Made by a program: the position numbers and the translations under genes. 64,000 bases of DNA from Chiloscyllium plagiosum (taxonomy: Eukaryota): contig NC_057719.1 in the NCBI RefSeq assembly GCF_004010195.1, positions 67,087,065 to 67,151,064 on the forward strand. Direction: 5' to 3'. Below the pieces are notes generated by a model. That model saw nothing but the letters and a program-made list of their open reading frames with translations. It made no database searches and was not told the origin of the DNA. This document shows, one piece after another, positions 1 to 13,096 of the stretch (the stretch's first letter is position 1; each line of letters opens with the position of its first letter).

Positions 1-700
1 ATAGGCATATGGAGGATAGTGGGCTAGTGTAGTTTAGGTGGGCTTGGATCGGCGCAACATCGAGGGCCAAAGGGCCTGTACTGCGCTGTATTCTTCTATG
101 TTCTATCTTCTATGTTCCACCTCACTCTGTACATGCACCACCCTCTGCATGGAAAAGTTTCCCCTTAGGTCCCTTTTATATCTTTCCCCTCCCACCTTAA
201 ACTTATGCCCTCCACTTCTGGACTCCCCCACCCCGCCATAGAGTCATACAGCATAGAAACAGACCCTTCGCTCTAACTCATCTGTGCCAACCAGACATCC
301 CAATTGACCTTGTCACATTTGCCATCATTTAGCCCATATCTCTGTAAACCCTTTCTAATCATATACCCATCATTGTACCCACCTTTCCCATTTCCTCTGG
401 CAATTGTTCCATACACCCACTGTATGTAAAAGTTACACCTCAGATCCTTTAAATCTTTCCCCTGTCACCTTAAACCTATGCCTTCTAATTTTGGACTCCC
501 TCATCCTCGGAAAAATACTTTGGCTCTTCACCCTATCCATGCCCCTCATGATTTTATAAGCCTCTGTAAAATCACTCCTCGGTCTCCGACACTCCAGAGA
601 AAAAAGCCCCAGCCTCTTCAGCTTTTCCCTATAACTCAAATGCTCCAGACCCAGCAACATTCTTGTAAATCTTTGCTGCACCCTCTCAAGTTTAACAACC
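1..700. mobile_element. CR1 LINE 3' fragments (1-110 plus; ~114-700 minus)
   Basis: CR1 3' tail (ttctatgttctat) and CR1 ORF2 C-terminal peptide QQRFTRMLLGLEHLSYREKLKRLGLFSLE in ORF 433-681. Confidence 0.8.
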
Positions 701-1059
701 AGACTTCAAGCTAAACATTTCTTAGAAACACATTTCAGAGAAATCTTCAGGATCGAGGAGCAATCTCATCTCATGGTAATTTTTTTAAATATAGGAGTGA
801 ATGAGAAGGAAGCATAGTGTTTAAGCAGTAGAAGTTCTGATAATAGACTACACTACTGGTAGTTGAATTTACACATTATTCCAAATTACACAACAGTTTA
901 ATCTGTGATGATAACCACTCACAAAAGTCAGTAAATTCTGAAGAGGACTGTCCCATGTCAACTGCTTTCAAAAGAGCATCTTCTTCTAACAAAGATCCAT
1001 TGTACCTACACCAAAGGCAACCAGAATTCTATGTGTAGTTGAAAAATGCCCTAGTCATT

Positions 1060-1843
1060 GTCCTGTACAGCCGGAAGATAATGTCCCAACTCCTATACTC
1101 AACGTGCTGACCAATGAACACAAGCATGCCAAATGCCTTCTTCACCAGCCTGTCTACCTGCAACTCCATTTTCAAGGAACTGTGCACCTGCATCCCTCAG
1201 TCTTTTTGTTCAGTAACACTCCCAGGGCCCTTCCATTAATTGTATGAGTCCTGCTCTGATTTGCCCTACCAAAATGCAACACCTCATTTATTTAGAGTCA
1301 TAGAGATATACAGCATGGAAACGGATTCTTCAGTCCAACTCGCCCATATCAACCAGATATCCTAAATAAATCTAGTCCCATTTGCCAGCATTTGGCCCAT
1401 ATCCTTCTAAACCCTTCTATTCATGTACCCATCCAGATGCCTTTTAAATGTTGTAATTGTACCAGCCTCCACGACTTCCTCTAGCAGCTCATTCCATACA
1501 TGCACCATGCACAAAAAAATTGCCTTTTAGACCCTTTTAAATCTGTCCCCTGTCCCCTTAAACCTATGCCAACTAATTTTGGACTTTCTCACCCCAAGAA
1601 AAGATCTTCTCTATTTAACATATCTATGCCCCTAATGATTTTATAAACCTGTACAAGGTCACGCCTCAGCCTCTAATGCTTCAGGGAAAATAACTCTAGC
1701 CTATTTAGCTTCTCCCTTAAAATCCATCTGTCACTTATTGATCCATTGACCCATCTGATCGAGGACCCATTGTATTCTGACATAATCTTCTTCATCGTTC
1801 ATTACACAACCTATTTTGGTGTCATCTGCTGACTTACTAACAT
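1060..1843 (-). mobile_element. CR1 LINE fragments; the RT portion resumes at ~3566-3730 after an LTR insertion
   Basis: SKSADDTKIG (FADDTK RT motif) near 1810-1840; 3' tail agagtcatagag at ~1295. Confidence 0.75.
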
Positions 1844-3565
1844 TGTGAGATATTGTGTTATGAGATATTGTGTTATAGGCTATCTTTATTAACTCACTCA
1901 CTAGCTTGCAATATTCATTAATACAGGGTTCCCATTCATTCATTCATAACCCTTTACTAACCCATCATTTACTATAACACGGTTTCATTCATTCATTCAT
2001 AAAACTGCAGTTCTATATTTTCCAAATTTAAACAAACCCTTTCAAACCCATCACTGCATTCCTACACCTTATCACCCCGCTACAAGCAGTGTTTACCTCA
2101 GTATCTCCATCAAGTCTTCATGAAATATTATAATATTAATCAGCCCTCACCACGCATCCCACACAGAACAAAACCATCCCCGTCAAGTCTCCATGACACA
2201 TTATAATATTAAGCAGCCCTTACCAGCCATCTCCTGGACCTGAATAAATTAAGTACGTGTTAATTATCTTTTAACTGGGCCATTATCCCTTTAAGACAAA
2301 ACAGCGCTTGCATGAAATTGCATGAATGAATATAATTCAGTTTAATAATCAGTTTAATATTCTTTATTCTTTTATGATGATTTCTAATTTATTTAGAGCA
2401 TATGGGCCTGGTATTTTTACTAACGTTTCTTAATTTAAAAGACAAAAGGGCTAACACCTCCTAATTGGGCTGAGGAGTAGCAGGTGGAGTTTAATTTAGA
2501 TAAATTGAGGTGCTGCAGTTTGGGAAAGCAAATCTTAGCAGGACTTATACATTTAATGGTAAGGTCCAAGGGAGTGTTGCTAAACAAAGAGACCTTGGAG
2601 TGCAGGTTCATAGCTCCTTGAAAGTAGAGTCAGAGAATAGTGAAGAAGGTGTTCCGTATGCTTTCCTTTATTGGTCAGAGTATTGAGTATAGGAGTTGGA
2701 AGGTCATTTTGCAGCAGTACAGAATGTTGGTTAGGCTACTTTTGGAATATTATATGCAATTCTGGTGTCCTTCTATCTGAAGGATGTTGTGAAACGTGAA
2801 AGGGTTCAGGAAAGATTTACAAGAATGTTGTCAGGGTTGGCGGATTTGAGCAATAGGGAGAGGTGGGCTGTTGGAAGCTGAGAGGTGACCTTATAAAAGT
2901 TTTTAAAATCATGAGGGGCATGGATAGGATAAATAGACAAATTCATTTCCCTGGGGTGGGGGAATCCAAAACTCGAGGGCATAGTGTGAGAGGGGAAAGA
3001 TATAAAAGGGACCTCAGGGCAACTTTTTCACACACAGGATGGTGTGTGTTTGGAATGAGTTACCAGAGGAAGTGGTGGAGGCTGGCGCAATTACACCATT
3101 TAAAAGGCATCTGGATAGGTATATGAATAGGAAGGGTTTGGGGGGATATGGGCCAGGTACTGGCAAATGGGATTAGATTAAGTTGGGATCTCTGGTCAGC
3201 ATGGACGAGTTGGACTGAAAGGGTCTGTTTCCATGCAGTACTTCTCTATGACTCTATGACTCTATAATTATGCAAGCAGACCTGACAGACATCCCATCAG
3301 AAGTAGCTGCCAGCATTAAGCACATTTTAACCCATCTCCTGTCTCCCAGGACAGAAGCCCTTTAAACCTTTATGTACTATAGATAAAAAATGTAACACCA
3401 CAGTAATGAGATTTTAATATATGCTAGAACTGTGTATAAAGGGTTCTTGTAAGAACTGTATTTCGCGATTCTATTACCGCCTCAAACTTGTGCTGTGATT
3501 GCTGAATAAAAGAGGTTATTTTTGCTACTCACCAATTTTGATCATTATTTGAACATGCCTCCACA
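1844..3565 (+). mobile_element. Solo LTR-like element (TG...CA) splitting a CR1, itself interrupted by a CR1 3' fragment (~2467-3264)
   Basis: Starts tgtgag, ends ccaca. Flanks acat/ccat form an imperfect 4-bp TSD. TATAAA ~3435 and AATAAA ~3505; internal ~73-bp tandem duplication at ~2108-2235; the flanking CR1 is collinear across it. Confidence 0.55.
2467..3264 (+). mobile_element. CR1 LINE 3' end (5'-truncated)
   Basis: KLRGDLIKVFKIMRGMDRIN motif and a ctctatga-repeat tail. Confidence 0.85.
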
Positions 3566-3828
3566 CCATGCATCCCATATTCACATCCAAATCATTTATA
3601 TAAATTATCAAAAACAGGGCATCCAGCACTGATCCTTGTGGCATACAGGTTACAGCCCTCCAGTCCAAAAAGGAACCCTCTATCACCACCCTCTGTCTCC
3701 TACCTTCAAGCTAATTTTGTATCCAGTTTGGCTGTAGCGACATAGAATATAGAAGTGGGAGTGTGTCACTGCACTCTTCAAGTCTGGTCTCTCAATCAAT
3801 ATATTCATGGATGATCATCTAAAGCCAT

Positions 3829-4504
3829 TGTTATGGACTAGACTAGATCCTCTCAAAAATATATTAATAAGATAGTTTAGACCCTAACTTTTTCTTATTT
3901 TAAAGGTAAGTGTAAGATGCAGCATCCCAGATGCAATTCTATTAGGCATAGTGTGAGAGGGGAAAGATATAAAAGGGACCAGATCTGAGGCAAAACATGC
4001 TTTTTTCATCTACTCCAGTGAAGTACAACAGAAGAAAGAATAAAGAAATTGGAATAATTTAACTCTATTGGAAAACTTAACAGAATAATAACACAGTAGC
4101 CATTACTAATTATCTGTTCCAACAGAATAACATCTCATAATCCCTTGGCAAAAGGCAAATTCAAAAAACAGATTGTCTCGCATGCAACTCCAGCAGCAGC
4201 AAGAGAACACCCAAATTTTAGCCGTAATAAAGAAAGGGAAAAATAGTTTCTACTTCTTCAAAACCTCAGCAGCACCGGCTACTACTGAAAACTTAAAAAA
4301 AAACTAAAAATCCTAGTTCTATGAGAACTTGAACACACCCATTCAGGCTGTTTCTTTTGTTCCAACTTAAAAGTAAAATCCAAGGCCTCACTAGCTCTGT
4401 ATTTTATGAGTTTTCAATAAGAGGTCTATTTTGTCCTGGTTTTATTATAAAGAAATGTTTTAAGACAGAGGTGATGAGATGTCTAAAGTCATAGTATTGT
4501 CACA
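3829..4504. mobile_element. Probable solo LTR inserted in a minus-strand CR1 3' fragment (~3735-4770)
   Basis: tgttatggac...ttgtcaca TG..CA ends, with CR1 3' sequence on both sides. Confidence 0.45.
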
Positions 4505-7500
4505 CCGCACCCTGTTCCTGCTTTCACCGCATCCCCTTTGATCCCTTTAGCCCTAAGAAGCATATCCAACTCTTTGAAAACATTCAATGTTTTGACCTCG
4601 ATCATTTTGTGTTTCAGAGAATTCCATAATCACTCTAGGTAAAGAAATTTCTTCTCACTTCAGTCCTAAATGGCATTCCCCATTTCTTTAAATTGTGAAA
4701 CCTGATTCTGGGCTCTCTAGTCAACAAGGACATTCTTTATGCATTTATCCTCTCTGGTTCTCATAGAATTTTATGGGCAGACAATGAGTCAAACACCTGC
4801 CTTTGTTCACTTTGTGAATGATTTTAATCTGATGAAGCATATCAACATATTTTAAGTTAAAAATCACACAACACCAGGTTATCGTCCAATAGGTTTATTT
4901 GGAAGCATTACCTTTCGGAGCGTCGCTCCTTTATCAGGTGGTTGTGGAATATAAGATTGTAAGACTCAGAATTTATAGCAAAAGTTTACAGTGTGATGCA
5001 GCTGAAATCATATATTGAAAAAGACCCAGATTGTTTGTTAAGTCTCTCGTCTTTTAGAATGACCATGTTGGTTTCAGTTCTTTCATATGTAAATCCCAGA
5101 ACCTTTTTCAAAGTTACGTTCTCAAGTGAACTTTAACAATAGGTGCCATGCCAGCTCAGATAATGCATTGAAGGTGTGAGGTGCCTGTGCAAGGCACCGC
5201 GCAACAATCAACAGACAGATTGTTCCCTCCCAGTTGGAGAACACTTCAGTGGTCTGGGACAGTCGACCTCGGACCTTCAGGTGACCATCCTCCAAGGCGG
5301 ACTTCAGGACAGGCAACAACGCAAAGTGGCCGAGCAGAGACTGATAGCCAAGTTGGGTACCTATGGAAATGGCCTCCACCGGGACCTTGGGTTCACGGCA
5401 CACTACTTGTGTAAGGCTGTCTGTGCCCCAATGTTCAGATTGATTCTATTTCTAAAAAAGAGATTTATAGACTCTTACATGGATTCATGCAGTTTTTCAG
5501 AAAAATAAAATGTAATTCTGCACGTACAAATTCACCCCACAAACTTATATGTGTGTGTACGCGCACATGTTCGGGGGGGAGAGGGGGGGTATGAGTGTGA
5601 GAGAGTTTGCGTATGTGTATGTGTGTGAATCTGAGGTTAAAGGGGTATAAGTCTGTGAGAGGGTGCGTGTATGGGTGCGAGTGTGGGAGTGTATGTGTGA
5701 GCGTATGAGAGAGAGCTTGTATTGTGTGTGTGCGACAGAGAGAGTGTGTGTAGTGAAGTGGGCTCACCTGTAGTGTGCCGTGAACCCAAGGTCCCGGTTG
5801 AGGCCATCTCCATAGGTACCCAACTTGGCTATCAGTCTCTGCTCGGCCACTTTGCGTTGTTGCCTGTCCTGAAGTCCGCCTTGGAGGATGGTCACCTGAA
5901 GGTCCGAGGTCGACTGTCCCGGACCACTGAAGTGTTCTCCAACTGGGAGGGAACACTCTGTTGATTGTTGTGCGGTGTCCATTCATCCATTGTTACAGTC
6001 CCTGCTTGGTCTCATCAATGTACCATGCCTCAGGACATCCTTGCCTGCAGCGCATGAGATAGACAACATTGGCCGAGCACCTGCCGCATACGTAGTTGGT
6101 GGTGTCCCCACGCATAATGGTGGTATCCATGTTGACACTCTGACACGTCTTGCAGTGTCTGTTGTGACAGAGTTGTATGGTATTGTCCTGAAAGCTGGGC
6201 AGTTTGCTGCAAACAATGGTCTGTTTGAGGTTTGGTGGTTGTTTAAAGGCAAGAAGTAGGGAAGGTCTCGGCGAGGTGCCCATCCTCGGCGAGGTGCCCA
6301 TTGATAACGTGTTGCAGGCTGTGAAGAACATTGCATAGATCTTTGGCTCCTGGGAAGTACTGGACAATGAAGAGTACCCTGTCAGTTGTAGCTTGTGTCT
6401 GTCTCCTGAATAGGTCATTATGGTTTCTCGCTGAGGCACATTGGAACTGGTAGTTGATGAGTTGAGTATCATTCGCAGTTCTTATGAGGGCATCCTTGAA
6501 TATTTCCATGTGGCCGTCATGTTCCTCCTCATCTGAACAAATCCTGTGTAGGCGTAGGGCTTGTCCGTAGGGGATGGCTGTTTTAATATGTTTCAGGTGG
6601 AAGCTGAAGAAGGTTATCTGTGGGTTTGCAGTAGATGAAGGAGCTGAGGTGCCCATCCTTGATGGAGATGCATGTGTCCAAGAATGAGACAGACATTGAA
6701 GAGTTTTCCATGGTGGGATAAAACTCGTTGATATCACTGTGTAGCTGTGTCAGTAACTCCTCGCTAGAGATCCAGAAGGAGAAAATGTCGTCAATATATC
6801 TGGTGTATTGTGTTGGTTGGAGGTCCTGTGCAGAAAAGAAGTCTTATTTAAACCTGTGCATGAAGATGTTGGCATACTGGGGTGCAAATTTGGTCTCCAT
6901 GGTTGTTCCGTGTGTCTGGATGAAAAAGTATTTGTCAAAGGTGAAAACGTTGTGGTGGAGAATAAAACGGATGAATTGTAGGACGGTGCTCGGAGATTGG
7001 CAATTTTGGTGTTGAGTACTGAGGCTACTGCTGCAAATCCATCATCGTGGGGGATGCTGGCGTAGAGTGCTAAAATGTCCATTTTGATGAGGAATGTTCC
7101 CGGTTCGACTGGTCCGTGGATGCTGAGTTTCTGTAAGAAATCTGTCATGCCTCGACAGAAGCTGGGGGTCCCCTGTACAATGGGTTTCAAGATGCATTCG
7201 ACATAGCCAGAGAGGTTCTCACACAGGGTCCCATTGCCTGATACAAAGGGACGTCCTAGTGGGTTGGCTTTGTATATCTTCAGAAGGCAGTCGAAGTCGC
7301 CTACATGAGAAGTATGTGGGATGAGGGCGCATAGGGAACTCTGAAGGACTGAATCCAAAGTCCTGATCAATGTGTTTAGTTCACGGGTGGGCTCTTTGGT
7401 CGGATCGGCTGATAGTTGCCTGTAGTGTTCCTGGTTGTTCAGTTGTCGGTACACATCCTTGCAGTAATCTGTTCTATTCTGAATGACAATGGCTTCTCCT

Positions 7501-8326
7501 TTATCTGGTGGTTTGATGACAATGTTGTAATTGGTTTTGTGGATATGGCTGATGAATCTGGCATTTATATATTTCCTGATGGTTTGAGCACACATGTTAA
7601 GCCCAGGGCAGTGGCCCTCCGATGGGGTCCAAATTGACTCCTTCTTTGGTTGATCCCTGTGATGACTGTTTTGGTTCCTCAGTGGGCTCAGTGGGATCAC
7701 TGCTGGCATCGTGAAAGAATTCCCGAAGTCTCATACATCTGATGAATTCTTCCATGTCTGCTGCAAGACCCATGGGGTCATTTTGATGGTGGGGCAGAAA
7801 TTGAGACTCCTGCTAAGAACTTCAATCTCTTCCGGTTGAAGGATAGGGTTTGATAAGTTGATGATCGACTTCCCCGTGCTGATAGCATTTTCCACTGTGG
7901 TGCCAGGGCAGGTTTGGCTAGTGCTGGTTGTGATGCCAAATTTTTCCAGTTTCTTGTTCTTGATGTGCATGTACATGGTGTAGTTTTGCCCCCTTGCCTG
8001 TTTGGCAGTGTTCTGTAACTGCACTGCTGTATCCTGAGTGCAGGCTGAGAGTGTGGACTCCAACTTAATTTTAAGGTTGTGGCGCTTGCTGTAGAGTTTG
8101 TGCACAAGATGATTGAGGAGTTTACAAGTGGTGCGGTGGCAAAGTCTCACTCCTAGTGACCCCACTGCACTACACACACACACTCTTTTTGTCTCTCTCT
8201 CTCTGTCTCTGTCTCACACACACACACTCTCTCTCTCCTGAACGCCCACACATATGCACCCTCTCACAGACTAATACCCCTTTCACTCACTCTCGCACAC
8301 ATACATACACTCTCTCACAGACACTC

Positions 8327-10040
8327 AAAGATGGAAAATTATAGGCCAATTAGCCTAACCTCGGTTGTTGGTAAAATTCTAGAATCCATCATTAAGGATG
8401 AGGTTTCTAAATTCTTGGAAGAGCAGGGTCGGATTAGAACAAGTCAACATGGATTTAGTAAGGGGATGTCGTGCCTGAAAAACCTGTTGGAATTCTTTGA
8501 AGTGGTAACAGGTAGGTTAGACCAAGGAAACCCAGTGGTCTATCTAGACTTCCAAAAGGCCTTTGATAAGGTGCCACACGGGAGGCTGCTGAGCAAGGTG
8601 AGGGCCCATGGTGTTCGAGGTGAGCTACTGGTATGATTAGATTACATTAGATTACTTACAGTGTGGAAACAGGCCCTTCAGCCCAACAAGTCCACACCGA
8701 CTCGCCGAAGCGTAACCCACCCAGACCCATTCCCCTACATTTACCCCTTCACCTAACACTACGGGCAATTTAGCAAGGCCAATTTGCCTAACCTGCAAGT
8801 TTTTTTTTGGATTGTGGGAGGAAACCGGAGCACCCGGAGGAAACCCACGCAGACACAGGGAGAATGTGCAAACTCCACACAGTCAGTCGCCTGAGGCGGG
8901 AATTGAACCCGGGTCTCTGGCGCTGTGAGGCAACAGTGCTAACCACTGTGCCACCGTGCTGCCCACATGGATTGAGGATTGGCTGTCTGACAGAAGGCAG
9001 AGAGTTGGGATAAAAGTTTCTTTTTCGGAATGGCAGCCGGTGACAAGCAGGGTTCAGTGTTGGGGCCGCAGCTGTTCGCATTATATATTAATGATCTGGA
9101 CTGAGAGCATTCTAACGAAGTTTGCCGATGATACAAAGTTAGGTGGACAGGCAGGTAGTACTGAGGAAGTGGGGAGGCTGCAGAAGGATCTAGACAGTTT
9201 GGGAGAGTGGTCCAGGAAATGGCTGATGAAATTCAATGTGAGCAAATGCGAGGTCTTGCACATTGGAAAAAAGAATACAGACATGGATGATTTTCTAAAT
9301 GCTGAGAAAAATCATAAAGCCAAAGTACAAAGGGATCTGGGAGTGCTAGTCCAGGATTCTCTAAAGGTAAACATGCAGGTTGAGTCCGTGATTAAGAAAG
9401 TGAATGCAATGTTGTCATTTATCTCAAGAGGGTTGGAATATAAAAGCACTGTTGTGCTACTGAGACTTTATAAAGCTCTGGTTAGGCCCCATTTGGAGTA
9501 CTGTGTCCAGTTTTGGTCTCCACACCTTAGGAAGGACATACTGGCACTGGAGCATTCACACGGAGATTCACACGGATGATCTCTGGAATGGTAGGTCTAA
9601 CATACAAGGAATGGCTGAGGATCCTGGGATTGTATTCATTGGAGTTTAGAAGATTAAGGGGAGATCTAATAGAAACTTACAAGATAATACATGGTTTGGA
9701 AAGGGTGGACGCTAGGAAATTGTTTCCGTTCGGCGAGGAGACTAGGACCCGCGGACACAGCCTTAGAATTAGAGGGGGTCAATTCAGAACAGAATTTCTT
9801 CAGCCAGAGAGTGGTGGGCCTGTGGAATTCATTGCCACAGAGTGCAGTGGAGGCTGGGACCCTCTATGTCTTCAAGGCAGAGATTGATAAATTCTTGATG
9901 TCACAAGGAATTAAGGGCTACGGGGAGAATGCGGGTAAGTGTAGTTGAAATGCCCATCAGCCATGATTGAATGGCGGAGTGGACTCGATGGGCCGAATGG
10001 CCTTACTTCCACTCCTATATCTTATGGTCTTATGGTCTTA
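8327..10040 (+). mobile_element. CR1 LINE (RT domain to 3' tail), nested in the PLE right arm
   Basis: [53 protein letters not shown]; tail cttatggtcttatggtc. Confidence 0.92.
8635..8964 (-). mobile_element. HE1-type tRNA-derived V-SINE nested in CR1
   Basis: Reverse complement begins gggcagcacggtggcacagtggttagcact (A box)...gggttcaattccc (B box), then V-domain gtgtggagtttgcacattctccc. Confidence 0.9.
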
Positions 10041-10929
10041 TATTGATCCCCTACACACACACACACACACACACAATTATGGGTTTGTGGGATGAATTTG
10101 TACTTGCAGAATTGCATTTTATTTTGCTGGAAAACTGCATGAATCTACTCAAGATTCCATAAATCCTTTTTTTAGAAATAGAATCAATCTGAACACTGGG
10201 GCACAGACAGCCTTACAAAGGACACCTCTCACTTTCAATGCATTATCCGAGCTGGCGTGGCACCTATTGTTAAAGTTCACTTGAGAATGTAACTTTGAAA
10301 AAGGCTCTGGGATTTACATATGAAAGAACTGAAACCAACATGGTCATTCTAAAAGATAACAGACATAACACACAATTCAGGTCTTTTTCAATATATGATT
10401 TCAGTTGCATCACACTATAAAGTTTTGCTATAAATTCTGTATTTTACGATCTTATACTCCACAACCACCTGATGAAGGAGCAGTGCTCTGAAAGCTAATG
10501 CCTCCAAATAAATCTGTTGGACTATAACTTGGTGTTGTGTGAATTTTAACTTGTACACCCCAGTTCAACACCAGCATCTCCAAATCATATTTTAAAGGAA
10601 TATTATATGAGGTGCATATAAGGCAGATGACCAAAAACCTGATTTCAGAAGTGGATTTTAAGGGGTGTCTGAAAGAAGAAACGGAAGCCGGAGGGAATTT
10701 CCAGAGTTTCGGGTCTAGGCAATTGAAGGTGAAGCAATTAAAGTTAGGACTGCAAATGAGGGCAGACTTAGAGGAGCACAGTTATCTCAGATTATTGTGA
10801 TGTTGGATGCGATTACACCATTAGGGAGTGGTAAGGCCATGTAGGGATTTGAAATTAAGGATGCAAAACAAGATATTAAAAGAAAGATTTTTGTTTGTAT
10901 TGCACTTCGCACAAACACCATATGTCTCC

Positions 10930-11430
10930 AAATTATTTTACAACCAATGGAGTACTTTTGGAATTGTAGTCAGTGTTGTAATGTATGCTATGTGGCAGTC
11001 AATTTGTAGACAGCAGATCTCATAAGTAGAATGTGATATGTTGGCCACACAATCAGTTTTTGGCGTGGTGTTAACTGACAGATAAACATTAGGCAGAACA
11101 CCAGGGACAACCCACTTTCTCTTCAAAATTTGCCATGGAATCTCCTACATTCTCCTGAGATTGCAGCTGGAACCCTTCCAGTTGAAGGGTTTTTTGCCCA
11201 AAACGTCAATTTTCCTGCTCCTTTGTTGCTGCCTGACCTGCGCTTTTCCAGTACCACACTCTCGACGGCTGGAGTCTCAGTTTAATGTCTCATCCAAAAG
11301 GCAGTCCCTCTAACAGTGCAACAATCCCTGAGTATTGCTCTGGAGTATCTACTCTGATTTTTGTGCTCAAGCCATAGAGTAAAACTTGAACCCAGAATCT
11401 TTTAACTCAGAGGTAAATGTGTCAACAAAA
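10930..11430 (-). mobile_element. Old Deu-domain SINE (SacSINE1/AmnSINE1-like), interrupted by a ~95-bp PLE 3' fragment (~11172-11267)
   Basis: Minus strand gttgcactgttagagggactgccttttggatgagacattaaactgag resembles the Deu core; the insert is flanked by gctgga. Confidence 0.55.
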
Positions 11431-11959
11431 GCGTGGCAGCTAACATACTGGATAATAAAAACACATTTTGGAAGTAATCCATCCTGAGAAATCCCAAAGG
11501 ATTTTTAAAAAATGCAAAGTATGCTTGCACTGGAGAATAATGTTCCCCCCTTTTCCCCATCCCATGTCAGACCATTTCCAGGTGAGGAAGCTGCAAATAA
11601 CATACACATAGTCCCAGTATTTCCCATTTCCCACATCAGCCATCCATCCAGCAAATTAATTGAAGGAGATTTTAGAGCCAGCATTTTCTTAGTGGCCTAA
11701 GTCTATCAGAATGTACATATCCTAAGGGTGATCATTACTCAGAATGGACTTCCAGATCCTGGAGCCAAATATCTGGTATTTTTAAAACTAGAATAATTGA
11801 ATGGTACAGCAGAGAAAGTGACCATTCTGTCCATTGTGCCACTGCTGATGCATTGAAAAAGATATTCAATTAGTCCTATTCAGCTGCTAGTTTTTCATGG
11901 ACCTAATTAAGAACCAAACAGGTAGTGCCCTATCTATTTGGACTAAGTATACTGGCTAG

Positions 11960-13095
11960 CTTGATGTAGATATGCGACGTCTACCTTTGCTGTAAATGCC
12001 TTTATCTGCAGTCTGTAGGAGTCATTAATCACACATCACTTAGAATATGGTGCCAGAGTGGAGCAGCTGAACATCTATGGATTTTCAGAGCTGTAAAATA
12101 TTCAGTTGCTGAAAGAAGCAGCAAGAGAAAAGTTTCAGAAAAGAGTGTCCCTTTGAATTACTGAGTGAGTCAAAATAGCTGTGCATCTTCTGTTCTTTGC
12201 TGCTGTGGAAATGAAAGGAGGCATGAGATTAAATTGGATTTTTTTCTCTCTCAGAGGCAAAACTATGAAATAGTAATAGAATTCATCTAGAAACCTAAGC
12301 ATACAAGAGCTGTAACCCTGCTATCAGCCCTGGAGAAAGAGGGCTGTCCTGCAGTCGAGATCTCATTGAGGAACAGAAAAGCCAGACAAGAGAGATTTTG
12401 AAGACATATTTGAAACTTCATACTAATGTTATTATGAACAGTATTCAAAATCTGAAGTCAAGGGGAAACAGGGACTATTGGTTATACATGAAATTGATCC
12501 AAATTGAATTTTGTGTTTGGATAATTGAAAGATGATCTCATCTGTGATAGGATGGTCTGAGGTAAAAGAGATACCACAGTGACAGCACTTTTGATGAGAG
12601 AGGAGAAATGTTTTCTTAAGAAAGCTGCTGAAATGAGTGAAAGCTCAGAGTATCAATCATCAGCTGGAGAATAGATAAGACTTTGCATTACACAAAGAGA
12701 CACTTTGGACTGAATGAAAAATTAAATTGATGAAAATGAAGAAGTATTTGCAGAAGTGCCAATGGAAAGATCAAGGCTGGAAGGCAGGAAGTAAATATTG
12801 CAGAGGGCATCACATGAAAGAAAAGTAAGCATGTTCAGCTTGGGGAAAGTAGTGCTCTAACTGTAAGAAGCTGAATCACTTTGCCAGCAAGTACTTAGTG
12901 AGAAAGAAGGAAAACAAGGCTATAAAGATGGCTGCTTGAAAAATGTCAACCAATGATTCTGATGAATCATTTTACACAATATAATAAGTTGGTGTCATCA
13001 CATTTTAAGATGATAAAAGATTGTGACTATTAGAGTGATGACTGTAAAAGGAAAGCAATAGATGTCAGATAGACTGTTGCTTCATGCAACATCAT
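11960..13095 (+). mobile_element. Degenerate Gypsy-type LTR retrotransposon (LTR end, PBS, gag, start of protease)
   Basis: PBS-like tggtgccaga at ~12048; gag-like KDDLICDRMV*G; zinc-knuckle-like KYCRGHH...CSNCKKLNHFASK (~12790-12895); protease-like CQID..ASCNI at ~13060-13093; many stops. Confidence 0.6.
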
Positions 13096-13096
13096 A

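Larger units (their letters stand above)
4856..10585 (-). mobile_element. Penelope-like element (frameshifted RT + GIY-YIG endonuclease, ~5760-8155) with inverted terminal copies of its 3' region; right arm contains a nested CR1 and SINE
   Basis: Motifs VLSRSLNFCPT, IVIKPPDKGEAIVI, GRPFVSG, MDILALYASIPH, RYIDD (~6786-6800) and VVYLMRCRQGCPEAWYIDET. 4856-5767 is inverted relative to 8156-8326 plus 10045-10585. 10-bp TSD catattttaa at 4846-4855 and 10586-10595. Confidence 0.88.

Noticed and set aside
8880..8964. tRNA gene
   Set aside because: The A/B boxes belong to the HE1 SINE head and are followed by the V-domain; the same holds for the other SINE copies.
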